Shown here: positions 33,871-44,680 of the stretch, in pieces | Numbering within the stretch: position 1 is the first letter of the stretch | Layout: each line of letters opens with the position of its first letter | DNA from: Cyanidioschyzon merolae | Lineage: Eukaryota | Strand: one strand, 5' to 3' | NCBI GenBank assembly: GCA_000091205.1 | Contig: AP006485.2 | Length of the DNA stretch: 64,000 nt | Translations under genes and position numbers: made by a program | The notes under the pieces: generated by a model | Seen by the model: only the letters and a program-made list of their open reading frames with translations | Database searches by the model: none | What the model was told of the DNA's origin: nothing

Positions 33871-34658
33871 CGCTGAGTTCCAGGAACGAATTCGTTACTT
33901 TTTCGGTAGAAAATTGCTATGCATGAACTGGAACTATTTTTGCGAATGTATACCGCTGTTTTCAGGACAACCCGAACAAGCCATTAAGCAACAGAGACGC
34001 CTCTGGTGGCTAGGATCATTGCGTTTGCTTTCCATAGGGTCATCAACGCGCTTTTTTCTACCACAGTCCATAAGCAATCTCTAAATATATCGGGTTTTGG
34101 CACGGAATGCATATGCTTCCTTCTTTCAATATGTATGAACCATCTGAGTTCTAACGTATGACTGACCTGAAGGACGCATGCAATGCTCCCCGCACTTTTC
34201 AGTAAAGAATCTCTACCCTACATTCAATTCGTCTACGATATATGCAAAAAATGCCTAGTGATTCCGACCTCCCGCTACATACCGCGAAAACGCATTCCAA
34301 GAAATTCAGCAAGGGTGCAACACAATTGAGTTGAAAGACTATAAGGTGCAACGGGTGCACGCCCGGATACCCAGCGCCGCGGCACGGCCGATGCCTTACG
34401 TTGAGGCATTGCCTGCTGCGCAGTGCAACCTTATAGTTCGAGACTTCTGGTACTAGCTTTTTGCAGAAACTTGTCTGGGATACCATACACAAACAGATAA
34501 ACTTGGGACACGATTGCACCCGGCTGCGCGTCGTGCAGGAGCTCGAAAACGTGGTTGCAACGCCACCGCACGCTGAACCTGCGGAGCGTTCTTGGCGAAC
34601 AGGACGCGACTGGGAGTCCCATTTACTGTTGGCTGGATCAACGTGACTCACGCTTATC

Positions 34659-35612
34659 ATGAGCGCTCAAGAAGCGGTGCAACGACCGCTTCCTAACTAT
34701 CTGCAGTTCGTTTTCGGCGGACTGGCAGGCATGGGTGCGACGCTTCTGGTGCAGCCGTTCGACGTCGTGAAAACACGCATGCAGTTGACGCAATCAGTCC
34801 AAGGCGCTCAGGCTCCAGGTCCGCTGTACGTGCTCCGCGCGATTGTTGTCCAGGAGGGCGCCTCAAAACTCTATGCGGGCTTATCAGCGGGGCTGTTCCG
34901 CCAGATCACTTACACGACGACGCGTCTCGGGGTATACGGTGTTCTTCTCGAAGAACTCACCCGTATTCGAAAAGCCCAGCAGGCGAGCTCGGCTCACGAC
35001 GGCGAGTCCCAGCGGCAGGGCGTTGCACTGCCCTTCAGCTGGAAAGCTGGCGCTGGACTCACCGCTGGTACTATTGGAGCATTGGTCGGCACGCCTGCGG
35101 AGGTGGCGCTCATTCGGATGATGGCAGACGGACGACTGCCCCCAGAGCGACGACGAAACTATCGGTCTGTCTTCGATGCCCTGATTCGCATCGTACGCGA
35201 AGAAGGCATTATGACACTGTGGCGGGGAGCTTTGCCGACGGTAGGGCGCGCAGCGCTGCTCAATATGGCGCAACTCGGTACGTATTCCCAGGCGAAGGAG
35301 ATGATTTTGAGCACTGGGCTCGTTGGGGATCATCTCGGAACCCATGTCTTGGCATCGACGTGTAGCGGCTTTGCAGCTACGTGTATTTCCTTGCCTCTCG
35401 ATAACGCTAAGACGAAGCTGCAGCATATGCGGGATCGTGAGTACGCCGGAATGCTGGATGCGCTGTTGAAGACTTCACGTTCTGAGGGCATTCCTGCGCT
35501 TTGGAGGGGGTTCATGCCCTACTTTTTGCGTTTAACACCGCACACCATTGGAGCATTCGTCTTACTCGAGCAGTTGAAGAAGCTCTATTTTACGTGGCGC
35601 CAAGTGTTGTAG
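34659..35612 (+). CDS. mitochondrial carrier family protein, 2-oxoglutarate/malate (or dicarboxylate) carrier-like
   Basis: ATG at 34659. FVFGGLAGMGATLLVQPFDVVKTRMQL...YAGLSAGLFRQITYTTTRLGVY...GTPAEVALIRMMADGRLPPERRRNYRSVFDALIRIVREEGIMTLWRG...LPLDNAKTK...WRGFMPYFLRLTPHTIGAFVLLEQ is near-collinear with SLC25A11. Three carrier repeats are present. Confidence 0.9.
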   Translation: MSAQEAVQRPLPNYLQFVFGGLAGMGATLLVQPFDVVKTRMQLTQSVQGAQAPGPLYVLRAIVVQEGASKLYAGLSAGLFRQITYTTTRLGVYGVLLEELTRIRKAQQASSAHDGESQRQGVALPFSWKAGAGLTAGTIGALVGTPAEVALIRMMADGRLPPERRRNYRSVFDALIRIVREEGIMTLWRGALPTVGRAALLNMAQLGTYSQAKEMILSTGLVGDHLGTHVLASTCSGFAATCISLPLDNAKTKLQHMRDREYAGMLDALLKTSRSEGIPALWRGFMPYFLRLTPHTIGAFVLLEQLKKLYFTWRQVL

Positions 35613-36448
35613 CAAAAAATAGAATCTACACGGGGCGTATGATGAACCGAATCTCGGTCCAAGTTTTCCGGGGCAGGACAAAGACCAGACGCTTTGGACG
35701 GATTCTGCTCGCCAGAGTCGCGCATGTGAGGCTTGCGTACATTGCGCTTTGTTTTTTGCTCGCGTTAATGCCACCTGGGTGCACCGGCTCATGCGCAAAC
35801 TACATGTCGCTGGCATTCGCGTCGGCACGCTCCGCAGCGATGCTAGTCGTACGAAGGCGCTAACGCAACGCGAGTATGATATGAACGTCATACGAGGTTT
35901 TTTGATCACGTGTTGCAACGATACGTTCGCAACAGAAGCGAGCATGTCCAGGGACAGCTCGAATGAACAAAATGCGCATTCTACTGGCAACTAGAATGCA
36001 GAGGTTCCAGGTTTTATAGGTGCCGGTGCTGGTCGCTTGCAGCTGCGTCAAGTCATCGCTGCAATCAATGCAGTGCCGGGCACTTATTCCCCAAAATGCC
36101 GTGACGATATGCTCGTTTCATTAGATGGCTGATAATTGAGACCGTCGCGATGGAAGCGGCCCCCAAAATCAAACACAACGCTCTGTAATGGGCCGCATTC
36201 CAGGCTTGGTTCGCCTCATGAGGTAGTGTTGCCGCTTGCCATACAGCGCGACGCTGCAGTAGCGTCACAGCCGTCCTGTTTCGGGGCTCGAGGCTTTCCT
36301 TGGTATCAGCTGCGCATGCGATGATGTGGACACCCGCAAAAACGTGCGCGGTGCCGCCTCCACAATGAAGAAGCAACGCACCGAAACGCCGCGCATGTGC
36401 ACAGGCTCTCGAAGCACCGGGAGTCTTGCGAGTGAGAGTCTCACTCAG

Positions 36449-37684
36449 TCAGCGCTTGGTCGCATGCGCGGGTGCACCATTCCCCGCGGAGTCGGTCTGG
36501 TCGAGCGCCAGAGCGGCTCGTAGCATCTCGTGCAATGCATCTCCACCGTCAAGGACACTCTCTGCGTCACTGCAGGTGAGGCCCGTGCGCAAGTCTTTCA
36601 CCAAGGTAAACGGACTCAGAATATAGGAACGAACGAGGCGATCTGCACTGCCAAAGCCGGCGCTACCGCCGTGATGTGTCATTGACGCCTGTCGTTGCCT
36701 TCTTTCCTGCAGATAGCGCTCACGGAGTTTCGATCGGAGCACATATAGCGCTCGAGCCTTGTTCTGGTGCTGCGAACGCTCGCTCCGACAGGTTACCACG
36801 ATGCCACTCGGTCGATGGGTGATTCGCACTGCAGAGTCCGTCTTATTCACGTGTTGGCCACCGGCGCCCGAGGAGCGCATCGTCTCGATGAGCAAATCGT
36901 CGGGATGAATGTTGAGCGCTTGTAACGCTTCTGATGCGACTTCTTCTTCATCCAGTAGCGGTATGATCGACACACTTGCAAAGCTCGTGTGACGCCTCTG
37001 GGACGCGTCAAAAGGCGAATGACGAACCAGGCGGTGAATACCGGCCTCGCCACGGAGCCAAGCGGTAGCCCAGGCGAGTCCATCGGTGCCGCTGCGTACA
37101 AAGAGGGCAGCATAGCGAAGTCCGGCGACTTCACCCGGGCTCGAGTCCGTGAGCTTCACTTCTTGGAAACGCAGGGATCGACTCGCCGCCGCAGACTCTG
37201 CCCATCTCTGGTACATGCGAACGAGCATACTACACCAGTCCATGGCCTCAGTACCACCTGCACCTGCCCGGACCTCAACCAGGCAAGAGCGGTGGAGGTC
37301 GGAGGGTTCATCGGCGCTTTCGCTCCGCGTACTCGCCCCATGAAGAAGCGCCATTGCTTCAATTCGCTGCGATCTAAGACGCAGTGCCTCTATCTCATCA
37401 CGAAAGAGAGCACCAGAGTCCGTTGTCGCACTCCCTTCCTCTGAGCAGAGCGTCAAACAGGCCTGAACTTCTGCAGAAAGCGTATCGACTTCGGAAACGA
37501 GGCGCTGTAGCTCAGCTCTTTCGCGAAGCAGCAAAGCACCCTGCTTCGCAGCGCGGGCTGTACTCCAGGTGCCTGGTTGGAGGCATGCGTTTTCGAGCTC
37601 GCGTAGGCGACGAACCAACTGCGGATAGCGCAGGCGCTGACGAACGAGCGCTAAGGAGCGCTGTATGGCTTCTAGGTCCCGCAC
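36449..37684 (-). CDS. organellar (bacterial-type) peptide chain release factor 2 (prfB-like); 5' end unresolved
   Basis: RF2-specific SPF tripeptide (VRHSPFDASQRRHTSFASV), GGQ motif (RSSGAGGQHVNKTDSAVRITH), and AGAGGTEAMDWCSMLVRMYQRWAE. The N-terminal helical domain aligns from the first codon. The track start is GTG and is preceded in frame by TGA. No in-frame ATG exists before residue ~113. Confidence 0.85.
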   Translation of the reverse strand: MRDLEAIQRSLALVRQRLRYPQLVRRLRELENACLQPGTWSTARAAKQGALLLRERAELQRLVSEVDTLSAEVQACLTLCSEEGSATTDSGALFRDEIEALRLRSQRIEAMALLHGASTRSESADEPSDLHRSCLVEVRAGAGGTEAMDWCSMLVRMYQRWAESAAASRSLRFQEVKLTDSSPGEVAGLRYAALFVRSGTDGLAWATAWLRGEAGIHRLVRHSPFDASQRRHTSFASVSIIPLLDEEEVASEALQALNIHPDDLLIETMRSSGAGGQHVNKTDSAVRITHRPSGIVVTCRSERSQHQNKARALYVLRSKLRERYLQERRQRQASMTHHGGSAGFGSADRLVRSYILSPFTLVKDLRTGLTCSDAESVLDGGDALHEMLRAALALDQTDSAGNGAPAHATKR

Positions 37685-37751
37685 CTCGACTGCTGAAGCG
37701 CAACGTGCGCGTCAAGCGCTGTATCACGAAAAAGAATCACAGCTTGATGCT

Positions 37752-37877
37752 TCAAAAAGAGGCGCCAACCGTCACCACGAAACGTAACCTGTTGTTTTTC
37801 CAACGCGGCATCCAGCGCGTGCGGTACAGTTCGACGCTGCCGAACGCTGTACGCGGAGCGTCAACGTGGACGTTCAT
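37752..37877 (-). other. 41-codon ATG-initiated upstream ORF in the +1 frame relative to the RF2 body, ending in UGA
   Basis: ATGAACGTCCACGTTGACGCTCCGCGTACAGCGTTCGGCAGCGTCGAACTGTACCGCACGCGCTGGATGCCGCGTTGGAAAAACAACAGGTTACGTTTCGTGGTGACGGTTGGCGCCTCTTTTTGA translates to MNVHVDAPRTAFGSVELYRTRWMPRWKNNRLRFVVTVGASF. It is basic with no acidic run and has presequence-like character. Confidence 0.4.
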
Positions 37878-38000
37878 GGAACTTGCGGAGAAAGCATTGG
37901 GAAACTCCAACTTTATCAGATTAGAATTGAGGCCTGAGCTCGTCTTTCTGTTCTTGTGTTGTAATTTTTTTCTTTACTTGTTCAGATGTACAGCGATGAG

Positions 38001-39242
38001 ATGCGAAATGCAGCAGGTAGGAGCGTGTAGATTCATGAGTAGTTTTCTGTCGATCGGTCGCCATTTTTTCGCGGAATGCCTCCTTTGACGCTGTACCGCT
38101 GGAATTTGTTACGTTACAGGGATCGAGGGGATTCACGACGCAATCGAATAAAGATTCGTAGAATATTCGATATAATGATCCGAGTCACTGGTTCAAGCTC
38201 CCACGCTTTAAAGTTCCGTACGTGAAGCACGCGTTAATCGTGCACTCTTCAACGCTTCAGTGTTGCTCTCTCACGGCACCCTAGGGGCGAAGCGATTCGT
38301 GTCGCTAGATTATCGAGCAATACCAGAACCCTGACGTCGTCCATGGACGACTCGTTCACAAACTCATGACCATTGCTCACGTCACTTGTCGCTTCGAATG
38401 GTCCATTGCATTCGAAAGACAAATGCTTGTCTCTTCGCGCTCATCGGCGAGACGGCATTCCAGAGCAGCAGGGTACCGTATGATGTGGTGCGCTGCTTGC
38501 GGGGCTCCCGCCTCTTCTGTTTGCTTGGGAAAGGATTCGGTACTAGAACTGGAGTCATCCGAGCGATCGATTCCAGTAGGGTGTGCGTCACCGTTTCGCA
38601 CGAAGGGAGCGTAGACAGACCGAAATTTCTTGACCCGTTTTCCAGCTTGGATCTTGTTTCTGGTAATTGTTCCATCGTCAATAACATTGCGTTTCGCAAA
38701 TCCGCTATCGAACGGAACTGCGTTCACTCTCGTATGCATCGAATAGTGTACTTGCCGAGGGGATTGCCACGCACAAGCCCCGTGATCGTGGGGTACAGTT
38801 GACGCTGCAAAAAAAAGGAGGCGTGCATGGAGCGTACCCTTCAGTAGCAGTCATGGACATGTACGGGGGCGTGAAGCAAGCGTTTCCACGCCCCAGCGCG
38901 GCGCACGGAGGAAATGAGGTGGATATAGAGGGACACACCTGACCATAACACGATATGACTGATGGAAAGGTCGCACAGCGCCTTTGTACAAACAAGCTCA
39001 ACAATGGAACAGCTACGTCGATCGCAATTTTTACTTACGTATTGACTGCGTCGACAACAGGTTGAAGCTGCAAAATCAGGATTTGCACACTGCCATAAAC
39101 ACCCTTCACCTGTTGACAAGTTAGCTCCCAGGAAAGCATTGAGCATCTTGTTCAAAGTCGGTATGGAAGAGGAAGCAGAAGCAGTCGCAAGAGAAACCCC
39201 ACCAAGACTATTATTGATGACAGTGCGAAGAGATCCAAACGT
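38001..39242 (-). repeat. dispersed repeat family A, copy 3 (inverted; ~1.24 kb)
   Basis: The reverse complement aligns to copy 1 at 10303..11545. Its 3' end (element sense) stops 68 bp before the end of copy 2. It lies ~320 bp upstream of the RF2 body. Confidence 0.8.
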
Positions 39243-40587
39243 TATTCTTTGTGCCGTATTAGATGACTCGTTCCATTATATTCTGACGTGGGGGAACGCA
39301 GAGAGATTCGCATGAAGCTGCATCATGGTGAGCGCTGGCGAAAACACGGGACCAAGCATGACGCTATCCGCAGAGCGCCCCCGCTGCGCTGAAATACTAA
39401 CGCTTTGCTGTGTTCGTGCCGCGCTTGGATCTCCGGGGCGCCTTTGCAGTATAACGGCAGCAGAAACGCGTACGTCATGCACTGGGGACGCGCTCAGGTT
39501 GCTGGCGTCTGTTCAAAAGCTGGTTCTTAATCAACGTTCTTTGGTGTCAGCGTCTAACTGAAGCTAAACGCTGCGCTGGTGCAACTTGAGCGCTGCCAGT
39601 ATTTTTCTGGAAATCGTAAAAGCCATCACTCTCATTCAAATAAGCTAAAGAACGCTGTCCAACCAGAGCGAACGTCTCGTGGCGCTAGCGTACATCTGGG
39701 TTCGAGGTCAGAGCTCCGAACTACTGCTTGAACGAACTGGAAGTTTCTGTCGTAGGCGCCTGATGACGGCTCTCATTCGATTGCAACCGGGTGCCTAGGC
39801 GGTGACCTGGATTCAGTGTTTTGGTCCCTGAAAACGCCAGGGTCGCTCCAAAGGTAAGCAAAGATAGAGATCATTCACGTGCAATACATCGCCTCAATAG
39901 CGGATCCGATCCAGTGTTCCGCTCTCCAAGTCGCAAACGATAGAGGTGCAGTGACCCATCAGACTCCCTGCTGCAGAATGAACACACATACGCACATACA
40001 CAGACAAACAGCGCTGGACACGAGACTCATTCCATGTCGGAATCGATCGGAATGTGCTGTTTCCATTATTGGCGTCGGCGTTCTATGGTCAACCTCATTC
40101 AAAGACTCGTCTCTCTATGACGTGTCGTCATACAGCTCTACCACGGGCCGTTGCGGGTATCGAAGTTTTGACTTTGCATCGGCGACGAGGTGGTTTCAGG
40201 AAACAGGTCTCATTCGGACCGTCTCCAGCGAACGGCAGGTTTGACGCTTCCGCTTTACATCAAAAGAAATCAGACAGAGGCTAGCAGGTACGCCAAAGCA
40301 CGCACCTCAAGGCATACGCTGAGCGTGCTTATGAGGAACCACACTCGATGAACGGGTCAAAGACTAGTGCGCTCGGATGTACGCGTGTCCAGCCATGACG
40401 AATTTTCCGCCAGCAGATGCGTCCATCGACATGCTTCCGCCCAGCCGAGCAGGTCTCGTCGAGAAGCCGCCGTTCTGAGCACTACGCCTTGGATATGGCG
40501 AGCATCTGCCAGAGACCACGCTCATCAGCTGCCGAGAAACCATGGACATCATAAACAGAGGCTCGGTGCTGCGGTGAAACGAGAACG

Positions 40588-41811
40588 CTAACTCCGTCGG
40601 AGTATTGACGTAACGGCGGCTACGCAAGCGTCTTGGTTCTCGTTACGATAGGGCTGACCCCCGTGCACCATTGCAGTGAAAGGGCTCGTCTTGGAGACCA
40701 GTTCAGGGCACCACGCTCGACTTCCATAGTTCTGTATCCAGTCCGTGTACACGAACAGATGCGCATAGACGCGCCACCAGCTATCGTGTGCCGTCGCCAT
40801 ACGCCAGCGCTGCATGGCACTATCGAAGGGCTCATCAGGAAAGCGAGTCGCCATCCCTCGCAGCACAGTATGGGTGAAGCACGGATCACCCAGTCGATAC
40901 ACAGCATTGCCGTTCAGATGGTGATCATGAGGCCAGGTCACGCACCAACGATGTCGCTGGTAGAGGGGCGCACTCCCCATGACCCAGAAAGGGTGCCGCT
41001 TCGCCACAGATCGATGAAGCATAGGTAGAAAGCACGGACGAAGCGCGTATACGTCGGGTTCAAGCCAAACAAAGTAGTCGTACTGAAGCGCGAGCCCCAT
41101 CGGGTGGATCCTGTGCTCCTCGTGGCGACTCGTGCTCCCGGGTACGTGGTATAGGTCAAAAAGCGCATAGAATAGATTCGCTGTCCCACGAGAAATATGC
41201 CGCCTACGCCAGCGACTGAAATAGTAGGCGTCGGCGTAGTCGCTGAGGTTCGCGAACCGAAGCAGCACCCGCGAGAAAACTTGCTCTGAACGAAACGTCT
41301 CGTTTCGGACAGAGTCCAAGACTAGTTGCACTTGTTCCCGCTGGAGGCAATTAGTCTCTGCTCGACTACAGAACAGCAGCAGGTCGGACGCATAAGCGGT
41401 TTCCGCGCAAGCGCTCGCTTGGCGAAGCCACTGCCGCAGCGTCTCCAGTACCTGTGGTGCCTGCTTGGGCGGGTACGGCACGACGAGCAGCACGTTCGGC
41501 CGCGACGACCTGTTCGTCGTCAAGAGTGTTGTGCGCGGAACACAGCGTGCATAGAGCGCACCGCTCTGGTTATCTAGCCAGGGAGCATCGCTGCCGGAGG
41601 CCGTCGTGCGCGCGCCCCAGTCTCCCATACGAAGACGTGGAAACGTGCCGTCATACCAGCACAGCACTTGTACAACGAGCAGAAACCAGACAATCACTCC
41701 CCATAGACTACCTATGAACTGGGTCAAATGTCGTCGCTCAGTAGTCCGTCGGAAGCGTGACTCTTTGGCGCTGCGAAGGGACGCTCGCGACAACGCCGGT
41801 GCTCGACGCAT
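40588..41811 (-). CDS. type II membrane protein with a luminal glycosyltransferase-like domain (family unassigned)
   Basis: Track start 41883 is TTG; the first ATG (41811) gives MRRAPALSRASLRS..., then a single TM (LWGVIVWFLLVVQVLCWY), then a ~330-aa domain with W/H/Y-rich motifs (DYFVWLEPDV, HPFWVMG). No confident family match was made by eye. Confidence 0.3.
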   Translation of the reverse strand: MRRAPALSRASLRSAKESRFRRTTERRHLTQFIGSLWGVIVWFLLVVQVLCWYDGTFPRLRMGDWGARTTASGSDAPWLDNQSGALYARCVPRTTLLTTNRSSRPNVLLVVPYPPKQAPQVLETLRQWLRQASACAETAYASDLLLFCSRAETNCLQREQVQLVLDSVRNETFRSEQVFSRVLLRFANLSDYADAYYFSRWRRRHISRGTANLFYALFDLYHVPGSTSRHEEHRIHPMGLALQYDYFVWLEPDVYALRPCFLPMLHRSVAKRHPFWVMGSAPLYQRHRWCVTWPHDHHLNGNAVYRLGDPCFTHTVLRGMATRFPDEPFDSAMQRWRMATAHDSWWRVYAHLFVYTDWIQNYGSRAWCPELVSKTSPFTAMVHGGQPYRNENQDACVAAVTSILRRS

Positions 41812-42073
41812 GCACAGGACGCAGCGCGCGTTCCCCAGAGACAAGACACACAAACTGTCCACGGGACGAAAGAAGTTAGACAATATTTTTATAGAGTCTC
41901 AAGAAGCGCAAGGATCGTGTCATGGTGTCCGCCTGCTCCCTTGGGTAACCGTAGACACGCGCGAGCGCTGAGCGATAACGGTGCGCAGGGAGCGCCGGCC
42001 GGCAGGCAGCATATTCGCCCATCAGCGTTCGACAACGCCCGAGCACGTTGATTGCTTCTTCTGTGCGGTGTCT

Positions 42074-43507
42074 ATGTTCGTGGAGCCGGAGTTTCTTTGC
42101 TCTGGTCGTATCTGGAGCTGGGATTCGGCGACAGCGTCAGTGGGAAGACCACGAAGCTGTTGCCGGTGGCTCACTTCACGGAAACAGAGCCAGTTCGAGG
42201 GTGTCGGTTGCCAGCCGTGTCGAACGCGGTCTCGTAGGGTGTTCCACGACTCGCGGTGCTGCTGCTGCTGCTGCTGGGCCGTGGGGTTGCGACCAGGCTA
42301 CCGAAAGTGGTCTGATCCGGATCGTCAGCACAGTGCTCGCCTCGAACGTCGTTTCGAGTTGGTTGCTGTTGTGGATAAGGACGCGGGTAGTTCGGAGCGT
42401 CCAGTACGCTGGAACCTCAGCGGTATTCCGCCACCACCGCCAGCCGCTCGCCAATGGATTGCGCAACCAAAACCATCAAGTGCTGAAAGCGACTACATCA
42501 ATCGGGCACCGCTCTTTTCTAAAGTACTTCGCACGCACTGTTTCGCGCTACCGTGGTCTGCTCTCGTGGAGCTGCGTGCGCGTGCCGCCGACGACATCGA
42601 CATCGACAACGCGGCACGCCTGGCAGCAACGGCTTCGACCAGTGTGCATGCTACCCTGTACCAGGGCAGTGTACCAACTGAGCCATATCCGCGGACTTTT
42701 ACAAGAAGCGGGCTCGTGTTGGAGGCCGGTAACGCCGGCACCCTCAAAAGGCGCCGAAACGCCCCGCAAGTGCCGGCACTGGTGACCGCGGAGCGCCAAC
42801 TGCCGCTTGGCGTGCTCATTGATCCTAACGCTGATGATCCTGCTATTGCAGTTTTCATAGCAGCTCGGCAACCGCGCTTTGGTAAGGAGCAAAATCGTCA
42901 AAAGCCGGCAGTGATCGCTGTAGCTGCGGTTGCCGCATCACCTCTTGGTATCGCGAATGGCGTCCTTGATGCTACCGTCGATGCACTCGTGGACATCGTT
43001 CGACGTCTGGATCCCTCGTTGCCGTCGACATCGGTTCATGAGCGAGCGATTCGAAGGTCTATGGTTGCAGCGATAGGGCCGAACCCTGCGACTGCAGATT
43101 ACGGGTTCGTCACGGTTCGTTCGGATGTGCTGAATGCGATCTTCTTGCCGTGGGAGGATCGCCCGCATGTCGGCCTGTCACGCCGCTGCTATTTCGTTCA
43201 CGATATTCAAAACGATGTGCATTCAGTGATCTGTCGGAGCCGACGTACGCGTCTATCCTTTACGTTTCTGGCGCAGCGTCTGACGGGGCGTCACCGGAGC
43301 CTGGCGAACCCGTTACCAGCGACAAGCGAGTCGCATGGTATCCAGTTCCCGTTGCAAGAGTGGTATCTTCGACTCGCGCCGCTTGTTTACGAACGATTGC
43401 GCTGCATTGGCGTTGGACAAGTTGAGCTGACGCGCGTGCTTTTGCCGCGCGTGCCGATCACATCTCGCGAGGATACGCGTCATTTTTCCTACATCGTTTT
43501 GGAGTGA
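42074..43507 (+). CDS. hypothetical protein (no recognisable domain)
   Basis: Long ORF (track 41981..43507 starts at GTG; first ATG 42074). A (CTG)n tract gives CCCCCC and there is a PPPPP run. Coding status is unsupported beyond its length. Confidence 0.25.
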   Translation: MFVEPEFLCSGRIWSWDSATASVGRPRSCCRWLTSRKQSQFEGVGCQPCRTRSRRVFHDSRCCCCCCWAVGLRPGYRKWSDPDRQHSARLERRFELVAVVDKDAGSSERPVRWNLSGIPPPPPAARQWIAQPKPSSAESDYINRAPLFSKVLRTHCFALPWSALVELRARAADDIDIDNAARLAATASTSVHATLYQGSVPTEPYPRTFTRSGLVLEAGNAGTLKRRRNAPQVPALVTAERQLPLGVLIDPNADDPAIAVFIAARQPRFGKEQNRQKPAVIAVAAVAASPLGIANGVLDATVDALVDIVRRLDPSLPSTSVHERAIRRSMVAAIGPNPATADYGFVTVRSDVLNAIFLPWEDRPHVGLSRRCYFVHDIQNDVHSVICRSRRTRLSFTFLAQRLTGRHRSLANPLPATSESHGIQFPLQEWYLRLAPLVYERLRCIGVGQVELTRVLLPRVPITSREDTRHFSYIVLE

Positions 43508-44674
43508 TTGAGAGTGTGGGCGTTGTCTGATGCAATGCAGACCGGGGGTTTCCCCAGCCCTAGTGTGCAACGCGTTCCAAAAGACGTGTTCTGCTTGATG
43601 GATACTGAGCGTTTTGATCAGCGGCCGACTTGTTGCATCGTACGCGAGTCCCGATGCCAGAGCGGAGGCAGCCTTTTCCGCCAGCCTGTGTCAATGGAGA
43701 TGTACATTCGCGGGCTCGCGTCTGCTGACCTTGATTCCAGTTTAGTGCGCTTTCGGCATGAGTCTGTGAGCAATTCATCACCGGACGAGATCAAGTGTTT
43801 CCCCTGCCTATCCAGCGCTGCGAGTGATTGCGTGCGCATGTTGCCTCGCGATAGAACAATTGGCAACTTGAAGAACGTCTGCTTCGAGCTTGCGACATGG
43901 AAGGGAAACGCAAGAATCGGGGCCTGTACATATGAATGGGTTTTCATTTTGATTACTGTACGAAGCCTTGCACGAGGGCATCGCTCATCTTCATCATGAT
44001 AGCAATCACGTAACGTTTCCCAGTGACACAGCGTCTAAGGAGCCACTCGGAAAAATCGGTCTAGCATCGTAGAACTAGGCGTGAATCCGTAAATCCTAAC
44101 TGCCGCACTTGGATTGTCAAGGCTGTCTGTGTATAAAAATAAGGTCCGAACATCAACGAAAAGCAGGTGTAGAACGAGCAGTCCCGTTTTCTCGTTTTAC
44201 CGGACCCGCGCGCATGGCGGATGTGCTTCTGCAGCGTGTTTGCGTTCGGTGCCGTTGGCGCGCGTTGCGAGGCTTGCGTTCTTATTTTATGAAAGCTGGT
44301 GGTTCTCAGGTTATTGTGGATACGTTTGTGGTGGCTTGTCTCGGTCTTGCGGGAGCCATTATTGGTCTGGAGTACGCTTTGGACGGTGACGAAGCCGCCT
44401 ACAGCGAACTCACCAACGGCAAGGACGAGGTTGCCGGCGATGCCGTTCGGGCACACGTACGTGCAACGTGGCGCAGCGCTGCACTTTCGCGGGTAGCGCA
44501 AGTGCCTGGCGGGACCTGAAACTGGTTTTTGACGAGCACGTCGCACCGGAGCTACCCAAGATGTTCCGTTTGATCGGACAGCAGTGGCTGACCCCGAAAA
44601 CTGCCTGGTTGTGGTCCGTGGTAAGCAGCTGGTGGGCAATCGCCTGAAAGGATGCGTGGTTCGTGCAGCGAGGC

Positions 44675-44678
44675 AAAA
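44675..44678 (-). terminator. T4 run immediately 3' of the tRNA (Pol III terminator-like)
   Basis: Minus strand reads ...CTGCCGCA GCTTTTGCC. Confidence 0.4.
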
Positions 44679-44680
44679 GC

